Shown: positions 7,904 to 18,113, counted from the whole stretch's first letter. The stretch is 62,325 nucleotides of DNA, filler included, from 6 parts of 6 records of this genome joined end to end with filler, not necessarily neighbours in it; one strand, 5' to 3'. Translations and numbers: made by a program. Notes: generated from the letters alone by a model not told the origin.

Positions 7904-10228
7904 CTACTTGCCCCATACGTCGACGGGCGGATTGCAGGGGGTGCCCGTTTCGCTGCCGCCCATTTTGACGAGGCGGACCAATGTCGTCTTATAGCCGTTC
8001 CCGCCGTAGCCGGTCCGGGCCTGAAGGCCGACCGGAATCAGCGTGTTGACACCCACGTCCCACGTACCGAACAGATTCGGGGATCGACCGTCCGTCTCAG
8101 GTAACCACCAGCCATGCAGGCAGGAAATGGTCTTGGGATGGATGCCGGCATTGATCTTAACCTTGCGCCGGATGCGTCCGCGGTCGTTTTCGACCCAGAC
8201 CCACTCGCCCTCCTCGACCTTCAGGTCCCGGGCAACGGACGGATGGACCTCGACATCCGGCCACGGATCATGCTCTCTGAGCCATGGGATATTCCGGTGC
8301 TCGGAATGGAAGAACACAGGGCTGCGCCGTCCCGTTATCATGACGAGCGGATATTTCTTGAAGGTCTCGGGCGTTGCCAGCTCGCTCTCGGCCGGCTCCT
8401 GATAATGCGGCAGCGGATCGACAATTGTGGCGCCTGTGCTGCCCCAGTCAGCATTCTGCGTGGAATACAGCTCAATTTTGCCCGACGGTGTGCGGAAACC
8501 GGGTTTGCCGTCTGCGCGCAGCGCGCCAGTTTTATAGCGGTAATACGGTACCCACGGAATTTTAGATTCGAGCTCACCGGGGTCTTCTGCCCATTTCCAG
8601 CCGCCCTTTTCAACGAGGCTTTCATACGTCTCCCCCGCCGGCTCAAGCCGCCAGTTCATATAATCGGCAAAACCGTTCGGGAAGCGTTTTTTAAAGTCGG
8701 GATTAAACCGCGCCGCCATCTCGCAGGCGATGTCCCAGTCGTTTTTACACTCGCCTACCTGGACGGCTGGCTGGATCACCTGCACCGGCTCAAACCACGA
8801 GCGGAAACCGGTGCGCTCGGCAAAAGTGGAAGCCGGCAGTATGATGTCGGCAACGGCCATCGTCGTCGGATTGTGAAACAAGTCGACCACGACATTAAAG
8901 TCCATGGCCTTGAGGGCTTCGTAGTGAAGCTTCTGGTCGGCCGCGTTGGCGACCGGGTTGGACGTCTGGATCCATGTCGCGCGGATCGGATACGGCTTTT
9001 GCGTCAACATCTGCTGCACGGCAATGTCCGGCTGTATGTAGCAGCGCCATTTGCGCAGCCAGCCGTATTCCTCGCTGCCGATGCGCTTTTGGACGACCTG
9101 CTCAACGAAATCGTCGCCGAACATGTCGGCCAGCTGATAGTTATCAAACGGATACGCCGATACGTGATATCCGTTTCGTGCAATAACCTGTCCGCCCGGC
9201 ACGTCGATATTTCCGGTGATGGCCCAGATATCATTGATCGCCTGCGCTACGTGAACACCATCCGGCGCCTGGTCGATCGGAAGGCCCCACTGGATGGCGC
9301 AGCCGGGTGAATTTGCAGCGTACGCTTTCGTTGCCTCATAGAGAACGTCCTTTGGTACCCACGTGACAGCTTCGACTTTTTCCGGCGTCCATTCCTTAAC
9401 ACGTTCGGACAGCTCTTCAAAGCCAGAACACCAGTTTTCAACAAATTCTTTATCGTACCAGCCGTTTGAGATAATCAGGTTCAGCATGCCCATCGCAACG
9501 GCGCCGTCCGTCCCCGGCCTCAGCTGTATATGATGGTCCGCGCGAGCTGTCAGAAAATTTTGGCGCGGATCGACAACGATCAGCCTGCTGCCGCGCTTCA
9601 TGCAGTCGATGACCCAGTTGCCGTAAAAACCATCCGGGCAGCCCTTTGTCGGGTCCTGCGCCCAGACGATGATGTATTTGGGCACAACATACCGTGGGTC
9701 GTCAAACCGTTTTTCCAGGAACTGAGAACAGTCGGCAATGGCGTTGTCGCCCTGTACGGCAGACATCGCGCCGAGCCGGGGTCCGTAACAGGCCTGACCG
9801 CCCAAACCAAGCTGGGACCAGTTGGCACTGCCGTAGTTATACGCGACAATCGACATGGGGCCGCCGATATCGCGCCCCGTACCCTGAATGAAGATAACAG
9901 CGTTGGCGCCATAATCTCTTTTTATGTCGCTAAATTTTGTTTCGATAGTATCATAGGCTTCCTCCCAGGTAATACGCTCAAAGCGTCCATCGCCTCTCGG
10001 GCCGACGCGCTTGAGCGGGTATAGAATCCGGTCCTTATGATACATAAACTGTGTCATCGCCAGGAGCCTGGAGCAGCCACGCCCCTGATTCCACGGGTGG
10101 CACTCGTCGCCCTCGACTTTTACAACTTTATCGCCCTTGACAAACAACTTTGCGCCGCAGCCGCCGTGACACCCGGGCCCCGGTGACCAGGTCGTCGTTT
10201 TGACGATGCGGTCATAATCTATGCTCAT
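7904..10228 (-). CDS. Bis-MGD molybdo/tungsto-enzyme catalytic subunit (acetylene hydratase / catechol dehydroxylase-like group), no Tat signal
   Basis: N-terminal WSPGPGCHGGCG...GRGC, GQACYGPR, DIILPASTFAER, C-terminal GRRSPVFFHSEHR; AGGAGG RBS before ATG 10228. Confidence 0.88.
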   Translation of the reverse strand: MSIDYDRIVKTTTWSPGPGCHGGCGAKLFVKGDKVVKVEGDECHPWNQGRGCSRLLAMTQFMYHKDRILYPLKRVGPRGDGRFERITWEEAYDTIETKFSDIKRDYGANAVIFIQGTGRDIGGPMSIVAYNYGSANWSQLGLGGQACYGPRLGAMSAVQGDNAIADCSQFLEKRFDDPRYVVPKYIIVWAQDPTKGCPDGFYGNWVIDCMKRGSRLIVVDPRQNFLTARADHHIQLRPGTDGAVAMGMLNLIISNGWYDKEFVENWCSGFEELSERVKEWTPEKVEAVTWVPKDVLYEATKAYAANSPGCAIQWGLPIDQAPDGVHVAQAINDIWAITGNIDVPGGQVIARNGYHVSAYPFDNYQLADMFGDDFVEQVVQKRIGSEEYGWLRKWRCYIQPDIAVQQMLTQKPYPIRATWIQTSNPVANAADQKLHYEALKAMDFNVVVDLFHNPTTMAVADIILPASTFAERTGFRSWFEPVQVIQPAVQVGECKNDWDIACEMAARFNPDFKKRFPNGFADYMNWRLEPAGETYESLVEKGGWKWAEDPGELESKIPWVPYYRYKTGALRADGKPGFRTPSGKIELYSTQNADWGSTGATIVDPLPHYQEPAESELATPETFKKYPLVMITGRRSPVFFHSEHRNIPWLREHDPWPDVEVHPSVARDLKVEEGEWVWVENDRGRIRRKVKINAGIHPKTISCLHGWWLPETDGRSPNLFGTWDVGVNTLIPVGLQARTGYGGNGYKTTLVRLVKMGGSETGTPCNPPVDVWGK

Positions 10229-10350
10229 CGGAAAAACCTCCTTTTTATTGACAGCCATCATCCTAACATTTCCGAGAATCCTTGTGAAACAACAAGAATT
10301 ATCTCTGACAACCAAAAAGTTGTAAGCGATTGTTTGAAATTTAACAGGTC

Positions 10351-10375
10351 TAACTTTTGAGCGGCTCAAAGGTTA
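10351..10375. promoter_or_regulatory. Putative MerR-family operator upstream of the molybdoenzyme operon
   Basis: Near-perfect dyad TAACTTTTGAGCGGCTCAAAGGTTA. Confidence 0.65.
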
Positions 10376-10591
10376 AGTTCTTTGTTATTGTCTAGGGATC
10401 TGAGACACTTTTGTGCGGTTAAGCAGTATCTATATTCATTTTTGTATATATTGCTTAAAGACACCGCTTGATTAACCCCAAAAAACTTTAGGGTAGGTCA
10501 AGAGTTATATTTACTGAATTTCGTACATCTTTCAACGCAAACGTTGGCCATTTCATCACAACTATGATATACTCCAACGGAGGTGACGGAG

Positions 10592-11404
10592 TTGGAAAAG
10601 TATAAAATCGGCATGGTTGCAAGGCTTCTTGACCTGCCCAACGACACCCTGCGTTATTATGAAAGCAGAGGGATCGTAACGCCCCAAAAGGACGAGGATA
10701 CCGGTTATCGTTACTACGATGCATGGGACCTTAATTATCTGCTGGACAGCAAGTGGTATCGCGGCTACGACTTTTCTCTTGTCGACGTCATTAAAATGAT
10801 CAACGAGGATGACCATTCGTCGTTTGTTAACCGCTGTTTCAAGCGGGAGGCTGAGCTGCTCCAGACCATCTATGAACTTAAAAAGAAGCTGGACGCGCTC
10901 GTCTACTTCCAGCAGCGCGTTTCGCAGGTTCACAATAAACTCAACGTGTTTGAAGTTGTTGAACGCCCAGCCATGGTCTATCAAAGGCACAGGATCGAAT
11001 ACGAGTTTATTTCCGATGAGGACACGCTGTCGATCGCAAAAAAGTGGATTAATCTCATGCCCTTCGTCAATCACACCTTCGTGATCCCCGTATACGACGA
11101 AAAAGATCCAAACGCGTTTAGTGAATATTGGTGGGGGTTCTCACTCAGTCCCGATAACGCGATCCAAAATGGTATAGACATCCTGCCGCCGGCTGAATAT
11201 TTCCCGCCCGTTAAAAGCGTTTATACCGTCTTCATGGCCGGCGAGCGCAACACTTTTACCACGTCGTTAAAATTCCATGTCATCAGCAAGATCAAGGACA
11301 TGGGACACAAGGTTGTGGGCCCGCCGGTCGGCAATCTGATCGTTCGTCTTCATGAGGACGGGGTTTTCACGAGATACTTTGAGGTCTGGGTACCCATTGA
11401 ATAA
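10592..11404 (+). CDS. MerR-family regulator with C-terminal effector (GyrI-like) domain
   Basis: YKIGMVARLLDLPNDTLRYYESRGIVTP...GYRYY; GGAGG precedes TTG 10592. Confidence 0.88.
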   Translation: MEKYKIGMVARLLDLPNDTLRYYESRGIVTPQKDEDTGYRYYDAWDLNYLLDSKWYRGYDFSLVDVIKMINEDDHSSFVNRCFKREAELLQTIYELKKKLDALVYFQQRVSQVHNKLNVFEVVERPAMVYQRHRIEYEFISDEDTLSIAKKWINLMPFVNHTFVIPVYDEKDPNAFSEYWWGFSLSPDNAIQNGIDILPPAEYFPPVKSVYTVFMAGERNTFTTSLKFHVISKIKDMGHKVVGPPVGNLIVRLHEDGVFTRYFEVWVPIE

Positions 11405-11418
11405 GCTCAATATTTTAG

Positions 11419-11450
11419 GCAGCTTCGACAAAACGAAGCTGCTTTTTTTT
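11419..11450 (+). terminator. Intrinsic terminator after merR
   Basis: GCAGCTTCG/CGAAGCTGC stem followed by T8. Confidence 0.8.
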
Positions 11451-11454
11451 ATTC

Positions 11455-11485
11455 TTGACATTCGAGTTGCTTAAAGGTTTAGCCT
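11455..11485 (+). promoter_or_regulatory. MerR-type promoter (19-bp spacer) for the cyclase/reductase/permease operon
   Basis: TTGACA-N19-TAGCCT; the spacer dyad resembles the 10351-10375 site. Confidence 0.7.
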
Positions 11486-11513
11486 GAATTTATCTATGAT
11501 GGGGGGTATCTTG

Positions 11514-12146
11514 ATGATCCATGATCTGACGATAACGCTTGATGAAAATACGCTGCCCTTTCCGGACAGTGGTGATCCACCTATGACCTGGAAGCACCTG
11601 GTTGACCACACGGTTTATAAGGCACAGGTCTGCCTGTTCTCCATGGTGACACATCTTGGCACGCACGTGGACGCGCCGCTACATTTTGTGAAAAACGGTA
11701 AAACCACGGCTGAAATTGATCTGGGGCATTACTGCGGACCGGCCGTCTGTCTGGACGTCCCCAATATTCCAGCAGACAGCCTGATTGACATCAGCAGCGT
11801 ATTGAAAGCAAACCGCGAGCTAATCAAGCCCGGGGATATTATTATTCTCCACACCGGCTGGGAGGATAAGGTGGGCACACAGGCGTACTTCGATTTCCCT
11901 GATTTCGATCCGGGCATCGGTGATTTGCTGGAAAGCTACGGCGCACATGGGATCGGATTTGACCTGCCGTCCATTGACAGAAACGGTGCCGCGCATTGCG
12001 CCGTGCTCAGCCGTGATATGAGCATTATTGAGTCGCTTATCAACTTAAAACCCCTGATTGGCAAAAGATTTTATTTCAGCGCCGTTCCGCTGAAATTCAG
12101 CGACGGCGACGGTAGTCCCGTGCGGGCCTACGCTGCTCTTTCGTAA
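11514..12146 (+). CDS. Cyclase-family metal hydrolase (kynurenine formamidase-like)
   Basis: HLGTHVDAPLH motif, IIESL and GDGSPVRA. Confidence 0.9.
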   Translation: MIHDLTITLDENTLPFPDSGDPPMTWKHLVDHTVYKAQVCLFSMVTHLGTHVDAPLHFVKNGKTTAEIDLGHYCGPAVCLDVPNIPADSLIDISSVLKANRELIKPGDIIILHTGWEDKVGTQAYFDFPDFDPGIGDLLESYGAHGIGFDLPSIDRNGAAHCAVLSRDMSIIESLINLKPLIGKRFYFSAVPLKFSDGDGSPVRAYAALS

Positions 12147-12216
12147 GCCGGATTGACCGTATTGTGTAGACGTTCGTTACCTGTAACCAGGAAGACATTA
12201 TAAAGAGGAGAAAACA

Positions 12217-14145
12217 ATGAAATATCAAAAAATGTTCACCCCGATGAAAATAGGAACCTGTGAGATCCCCAATCGCCTGGTGGTCCCGGCCATGGTCGTT
12301 AACATGAATCCGGATAAGCTTGCCACCGAGCGTTTTATCAAATACCATGAAGAAAAGGCTAAGGGCGGCTGGGGCCTCATCATCACGGAGGATTACGTTG
12401 TTAACGAGCATGCCGGCGGCTATCCATACATTGGCGGACTTTTTGACGCGGCACAAATCCCCAGCCATCGCAAGCTGACCGACACCATACATCAATATGA
12501 CACAAAAATATTCTGCCAGATCTATCACGCGGGCCGGCAAGCCAATCACGAGGTCAACGGCGGCGTACAGCCCGTGTCCTGTTCGCCGATACCCTGCCCA
12601 TGGAACAAAGAAATCCCCCGCGAACTGACGGTTGAAGAAATTCAGGAGATCGTCAAGCAATTCGGCATAACAGCAGCTAACGTTGTAAAGGCAGGCTTTG
12701 ATGGCGTCGAGGTCCATGCCGCGCACGGATACCTGATCCATCAGTTTTTATCTGAGGCCTCAAACAAACGTATTGACGAATATGGCGGGACCTATGACAA
12801 CCGGATGCGTTTCCTGCGTGAAATCATGGCCGAGGTACGTAAAGCTGTCGGCCCGGACTTCCCGATTCAGGTTCGTTTCTCAGTTGAAGAAATGTGCGAA
12901 GGCGGACGAACCATGTTCGAGGCCCGTCAAATCATCCGGGATATCGAAGCTTACGGCGCCGATTCAATCAATTTGACATTCAGCATGTACGGCACCCGGT
13001 CTTCCGTAGGCTCTGTCTCCTCCTTCTTCCAGAGCCACGGCAACTTTGTCCGCTATGCCGAAGAAGCTAAAACGTTAGTGAATATTCCCGTAGTCACAGT
13101 CGGCCGGATTCAGGATCCTCATATGGTTGAAGATATTATAACTTCAGGCAAAGCTGATTTCGTCGCTATGGGTCGCACCTCTCTTGTTGATCCGCATTGG
13201 CCGGAAAAAGTCAAAGCTGGAAATGTTGACGACGTTCGCCAGTGTATTGGTTGTCTACAGGGCTGCACAGCCTCTACATATATGCGCGTACCGGTTCATT
13301 GCCTTGTAAATCCTGAACTGGGCTTTGAGTACGAAACCGATTTCTCCAAAGCACCCACATCCAAGAAGGTATTTATTGCCGGCGGCGGTGTTGCCGGAAT
13401 GGAAGCAGCCAGGGCCGCAGCCATCAAAGGACACGAGGTACATCTTTACGAGGCCTCCGGCCAGCTGGGCGGCCAGTTCCTAGCGGCGTCGTATCCGCCG
13501 TTTAAGGGTGAATTCGCCACGCTGCCGGCCTGGCAGCTGCGTCAAATAAAAAAGCTGGGCGTCAACATCCACCTGAACACGCCCCTGACGAAAGACATCG
13601 TCTCGTCTGAGAAACCGGATAAGGTCATTCTGGCAACGGGAGCTAAGCCAATCATCCCCAATGTCCCCGGCGTTGACCTGCCCAACGTCGTTTTAGCTGA
13701 GGATGTTCTATGCGGCCGCTCCGACACAGGGATGAATGTTCTGGTAGCTGGTGGCGGCATGATCGGCTCGGAGACCGCCGCTCATTTGTGCGTGCAGTGC
13801 AAAGCAAAGGTCACGATTGTAGAAATGCTGCCGGATATCGGCCTCGAGATGGAAGCGGGCATCCGCGACGATCTCAAGGATGTTCTGAATAAATTCTTCG
13901 TCGACATCAAAACAGGCACTAAGCTGGCCGGCGTCACTGCCGAAGGCGCGCTTATCCAAAAAGGCGATACCATAACGCTGTTCCCGTGCGATACGATTGT
14001 GCTTGCTATCGGGACAAAAGCTTACAACCCGCTTGAAGCCGAGTTGAAAGGTCTGTGCGATCTTGTCGTCATCGGAGACGCAGTAAAACCGAGAAAAGCA
14101 GTAACGGCTGTCCGTGAAGGATTCGTGGCGGGCATGAACGCCTGA
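12217..14145 (+). CDS. NADH:flavin oxidoreductase (OYE-like FMN/4Fe-4S/FAD; enoate reductase/BaiCD/FadH class)
   Basis: GFDGVEVHAAHGYL, NKRIDEYGG, CIGCLQGC...C, GGGVAGMEAA. Confidence 0.92.
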   Translation: MKYQKMFTPMKIGTCEIPNRLVVPAMVVNMNPDKLATERFIKYHEEKAKGGWGLIITEDYVVNEHAGGYPYIGGLFDAAQIPSHRKLTDTIHQYDTKIFCQIYHAGRQANHEVNGGVQPVSCSPIPCPWNKEIPRELTVEEIQEIVKQFGITAANVVKAGFDGVEVHAAHGYLIHQFLSEASNKRIDEYGGTYDNRMRFLREIMAEVRKAVGPDFPIQVRFSVEEMCEGGRTMFEARQIIRDIEAYGADSINLTFSMYGTRSSVGSVSSFFQSHGNFVRYAEEAKTLVNIPVVTVGRIQDPHMVEDIITSGKADFVAMGRTSLVDPHWPEKVKAGNVDDVRQCIGCLQGCTASTYMRVPVHCLVNPELGFEYETDFSKAPTSKKVFIAGGGVAGMEAARAAAIKGHEVHLYEASGQLGGQFLAASYPPFKGEFATLPAWQLRQIKKLGVNIHLNTPLTKDIVSSEKPDKVILATGAKPIIPNVPGVDLPNVVLAEDVLCGRSDTGMNVLVAGGGMIGSETAAHLCVQCKAKVTIVEMLPDIGLEMEAGIRDDLKDVLNKFFVDIKTGTKLAGVTAEGALIQKGDTITLFPCDTIVLAIGTKAYNPLEAELKGLCDLVVIGDAVKPRKAVTAVREGFVAGMNA

Positions 14146-14286
14146 TCCCGATTAAGTCAGGCTGAATGGGAGGGGATGTTTCGGACAAACAAGATTGCTT
14201 CTGCAACAAAAGCAATTCAGGCTGCAGGGAGGGATTTGCAGCTAAAATCGAAGTGTATTCTGAAAAAAGAAAATGGAGGGATAGTA

Positions 14287-14702
14287 ATGTCTGATACCAC
14301 TTTGGCAACTAAGAAGACCCGGAATACAGCCTATTACATCAAGACCATCATTGGTTTGGCTATCATGCTTTTCTTTGGCCAGCTCCCCGCACCGGAGCCC
14401 ATGACCCAATTGGGTATGATCGTACTCGGACAGTTTCTCGGTCTTATCTTCCTTTGGACCTTCGTTGATATGGTCTGGCCGACCTTTTTGGCGATTGTGC
14501 TATTTGGCTTTATCGCCCAACAAGTGTACCCGGGTTCTTTCGCAATGGCCGGTGTTTATGAAGCCGGTGCCCAAGCAATGGGCAGCTGGGTCGTCGTTAT
14601 TGTTATCGGACTTCTCCTGCTCAATGAAGTTTTAGAGGAAACAGGAATTATCCGGCGCGTCGCTTTCTGGTTCTTAACTAGGAAAGCGGCGAAAAAAAGC
14701 CC
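14287..14702 (+). CDS. SLC13/DASS-family permease, truncated at contig end
   Basis: Multiple hydrophobic helices, LEETGIIRRVAFWFL; GGAGG RBS before ATG 14287. Confidence 0.7.
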
Positions 14703-14802
14703 NNNNNNNNNNNNNNNNNNNNNNNNNNNNNNNNNNNNNNNNNNNNTTAATTAATTAANNNNNNNNNNNNNNNNNNNNNNNNNNNNNNNNNNNNNNNNNN
14801 NN
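14703..14802. other. Artificial contig linker
   Basis: N44-TTAATTAATTAA-N44, stops in all six frames. Confidence 0.98.
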
Positions 14803-15737
14803 GCTTTGACCTTGTCAAATCCGATGGTATGGGTTTCGACATACTCTTTATTATAGGTGTCTTCCTTGATCCACATATAGATGATGGCCAGTTGAAGTGC
14901 CGCATCTGTGTTGGGAAGAACAGGAATCCATTTGTCCGCATGGACGGCAGCCCCATAGTTGAGATCAGGACAGATGTAAACCTGTTTGATGTTGGCCTCG
15001 GTCCAGAAGTAACATAATCGACTGGCAAACTGACCGGTGAATCCCCATGGAGTGGTCTCGGGATCGCATCCCCAGAAAAGAACCATGTCGGCATTTTCTG
15101 TCGTATCTTTTACGATGTTGGCTGCCGGAAACATAATTCCTTGGGCACCCTGGCCCCAGACATGTTTGGCGCCCCAATACCATCCTTCCCAGCTGTCCGG
15201 GTTTCGAACTTGGAGGGTGAATCCGCCCAGATGATCCAGAAGTACCCCTGCGTGGCCGTGGGGCGTATTGATGGTTTTACACTCACCATGTCCGTCTCCC
15301 TGGAGAAGGACGGCATTGTATCCATACTCTTTGTGAACCCGTTTGATCTCGTCGGCAACGATTTTTGATGCTTCATCCCATGAGATCCTGACAAATTTGC
15401 TTTTTCCGCGATTCTGGGTGTTTCTTTCACCATTGGGATCCCAATCCACCCGTTTCAGAGGATATTTAATTCGGTTGGGAGAGTAAACCCTCTTTTTATA
15501 TCCCAGTGAGAAGGGGCCGGGCAGCGATTTCCAAGTGGGTTCGATGGTTTTACCGTTTCTTTCCATCTTCCACTGTCGAATCTCTTCCTTGTCATACTTC
15601 CATCCATACCGCATGGGGCGGACACGAACAATCTTTCCGTCTTTGACATCGACCATCCCTTCGGCACCACCGCCAAAATATCCGCCGAGTCCGAGAGATC
15701 GTAACACTGTCTTGTCTTTTGTCTTGATAGGTTTCAT
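14803..15737 (-). CDS. Pyrogallol-phloroglucinol transhydroxylase large subunit-like molybdoenzyme (N-terminal part only)
   Basis: RIKYPLKRVDWDPNGERNTQNRG, NPDSWEGWYWGAKHVWG (Ser ligand loop), no N-terminal Fe-S cysteines; AGGAGG RBS. Confidence 0.8.
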
Positions 15738-15924
15738 GAATAGGTTGCCTCCTTGATTGACATTTGGCTGCTGTCCGTTGCGTGACATGGTTGTTGCCGC
15801 GTGTTTCTTTCATGAACACGCCTCGGGGGCCTTAATTCGATCATGCTTGTTGCCGGATAGGGCCGGACTGACATGAACATCAATGATAAAATCGTTTTTG
15901 TTTATTCAACATCAAATTTTATAA

Positions 15925-16174
15925 ATGCAATATTGCATGCAATTTAAAACCTGTCAACCCATTTTTCACCATCAATTAATATCAATGCTAAGTTTAATAA
16001 CAGGTCATAAATTTTTGCTTGACATTTAATCATTCACTGAATAAGTAAGAGCTTATATGTAATAATTTTGAGCAATTCCTAATTTGCCTTTGCCCATGCA
16101 AACGATTACATGTAATGTTACGCAAATGATTACATGTAATGCCAAAGTCAACTTTATTGTATGCAATATTACAT
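15925..16174. promoter_or_regulatory. Cluster of palindromic operator-like sites in the divergent promoter region
   Basis: ATGCAATATTGCAT (15925-15938), ATTACATGTAAT twice (16105-16116, 16129-16140), ATGCAATATTACAT (16161-16174). Confidence 0.6.
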
Positions 16175-16394
16175 CCAAAGTATATTCTGTAACATGATTG
16201 TAGATTCGTTGAAAACGGGTGACGCATCAATTACCGACCAGTGAAAATGAATGGTGGCAATGGCAAAAATTTTTTCCATAAAATCCGATCATCAAAATTT
16301 ATACCCAAGGGCTAACGCTTTGCGTTTGGGATTTGAATCGAATCGATCATCCACTGATGTCGATTTATGAATCTTTTTAAGGGAGGCTTGCAGT

Positions 16395-17417
16395 ATGTTG
16401 TCAAAACGTTTTTTTCTACTTTTTGTTTCAATTATCGTATCCATCATTTTGCTAGGTGGGGGGGCAACCGTGGGTGCCAAAACCGTTAAACTCACCTATG
16501 CCAACTTTTTCCCCCCATTTCATATCCAATCCCAATTGGCGGAATCTTGGTGTAAAGAGGTTGAAAAGAGAACCCAGGGTGCTGTGAAGATCGACTATTA
16601 TCCCGGCGGCACCTTATCCAAAGCACCCCAGATTTATGATAATGTAGAAATGGGTGTGGCTGACATCGGTATGACGGTTCTAGCTTACTCCAGAGGACGA
16701 TTTCCTGTTTTGGGCGCAGTGGATCTTCCTTTGGGATATCCCAGCGCGATTGTTGGCACAAAAGTTGCTAATGCAGTTCTTGAAAAATTCAATCCCAAAG
16801 AGGTACAGGATACCCACGTCATGTATCTCCATACGCATGGCCCGGGGCGCATTCATACGGTAAAAAAACCGGTTCATACCTTGGCTGATTTAAAGGGCCT
16901 AAAAATCAGATCCACAGGGATGTGCACTTTGTTGATAAAAGCCCTGGGAGCAACACCTGTGGCTCAGAGCATGGGCGATGCCTATCAGAGTCTTCAAAAA
17001 GGGGTTGTGGATGGTACGGCTAACGCCGTGGAAGCCAATAAGGCTTGGAAATTGGGAGAAGTTCTGGAATATGTAATATATGAAAATTCAGTGAGTTATA
17101 CAACCAACTTCGTCGTTACCATGAACAAAGCCAAATGGAACTCACTCACTCCGGAAATACAAAAAACCATCACCGAAATCAATGCAGAATGGTCTGAAAA
17201 ACACGGAGAAGCGTGGGATAAGATCGATATTGACGGAGAACAATTTTTTAAAGATAAGGGTAAAAAAATTATCAAGATTGATCCAGAAGAGTCTAAAAAG
17301 TGGAAAGCAGCCGCGGCACAGGTACTGGATGACTACGCCAAAAAACTGGACAAAAAACGTCTGAAAGGTACTGAAATCATCACTTTTATGCAGGAGAGCA
17401 TCGAAAAATTAAAATAG
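16395..17417 (+). CDS. dctP: TRAP transporter substrate-binding protein
   Basis: Signal peptide, DLKGLKIRS, YQSLQKGVVDG. Confidence 0.9.
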   Translation: MLSKRFFLLFVSIIVSIILLGGGATVGAKTVKLTYANFFPPFHIQSQLAESWCKEVEKRTQGAVKIDYYPGGTLSKAPQIYDNVEMGVADIGMTVLAYSRGRFPVLGAVDLPLGYPSAIVGTKVANAVLEKFNPKEVQDTHVMYLHTHGPGRIHTVKKPVHTLADLKGLKIRSTGMCTLLIKALGATPVAQSMGDAYQSLQKGVVDGTANAVEANKAWKLGEVLEYVIYENSVSYTTNFVVTMNKAKWNSLTPEIQKTITEINAEWSEKHGEAWDKIDIDGEQFFKDKGKKIIKIDPEESKKWKAAAAQVLDDYAKKLDKKRLKGTEIITFMQESIEKLK

Positions 17418-17619
17418 GTAGGATGATTTGCAGAAAATAAATTGCCGATTATCCAGAATTGACGCTTGCTATTTTGAACAGACAAAAAGAATTAACGGAT
17501 TTATAGGACATCGGACCAAAGATGTTGATTCCAATCCTGTAAATCATTAATCTCCCATCAATCTTGTTCTGGAAATAGAAGAAATTAGTAACTATCGTTT
17601 TCTTGACTTAAGGCGATCT

Positions 17620-18113
17620 ATGAAATCATTGTGGAATTTTTTGATAAAGTGCAGGATAAAATGAAGGTGCTCGCAGCGACCTGCCTGATGGGCATGAGTA
17701 TGATGACCTGTGCAGACGTGTTTTTGAGGGCGACATTCAATCAGCCGATTTTCGGTACCGAAGAGATTGTTTCCATTTTCGCAATTCTCTCTGTTGCATT
17801 GTCACTTCCCTATTGCCATAAAAAAGATGTACATATCGGAGTGGAGATATTGGTAAGGCTTTTATCGAAAAGAACGCAGGAGATCATAAAATTGGTCACC
17901 CGCTGCTGTTCTTTGGTTCTGATGGTCCTCGTCTCCTGGCGAATGCTGCTGTATGCCGGTACCATGGCGAATTCCGGTGAACTCTCCATGAATCTTGAAC
18001 TGCCTATGTATTATTTTGTCTACATTCTGTTCATCTGTTTTCTGGTCTTTTCCATTTATATTTTAAAAGATGTCATTCAGTTTTTCACTGGAGGAGAGGA
18101 AGAAGAGATATGA
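17620..18113 (+). CDS. dctQ: TRAP small permease; probable start 17620 with a 1-nt deletion in a T run
   Basis: Four TM helices, HIGVEIL; ATG 17620 gives MKSLWNF/FDKVQ if one T is restored. Confidence 0.85.

Noticed and set aside
8114-9310. 398-aa ORF antisense to the molybdoenzyme, and similar long antisense ORFs (44410-45309, 42610-43848)
   Set aside because: Shadow ORFs of GC3-rich coding sequence; no RBS or motifs
7904-15737. Two hydroxyaromatic-type molybdoenzymes close together, suggesting one super-cluster
   Set aside because: They are on different contigs separated by a linker, with different apparent taxonomy
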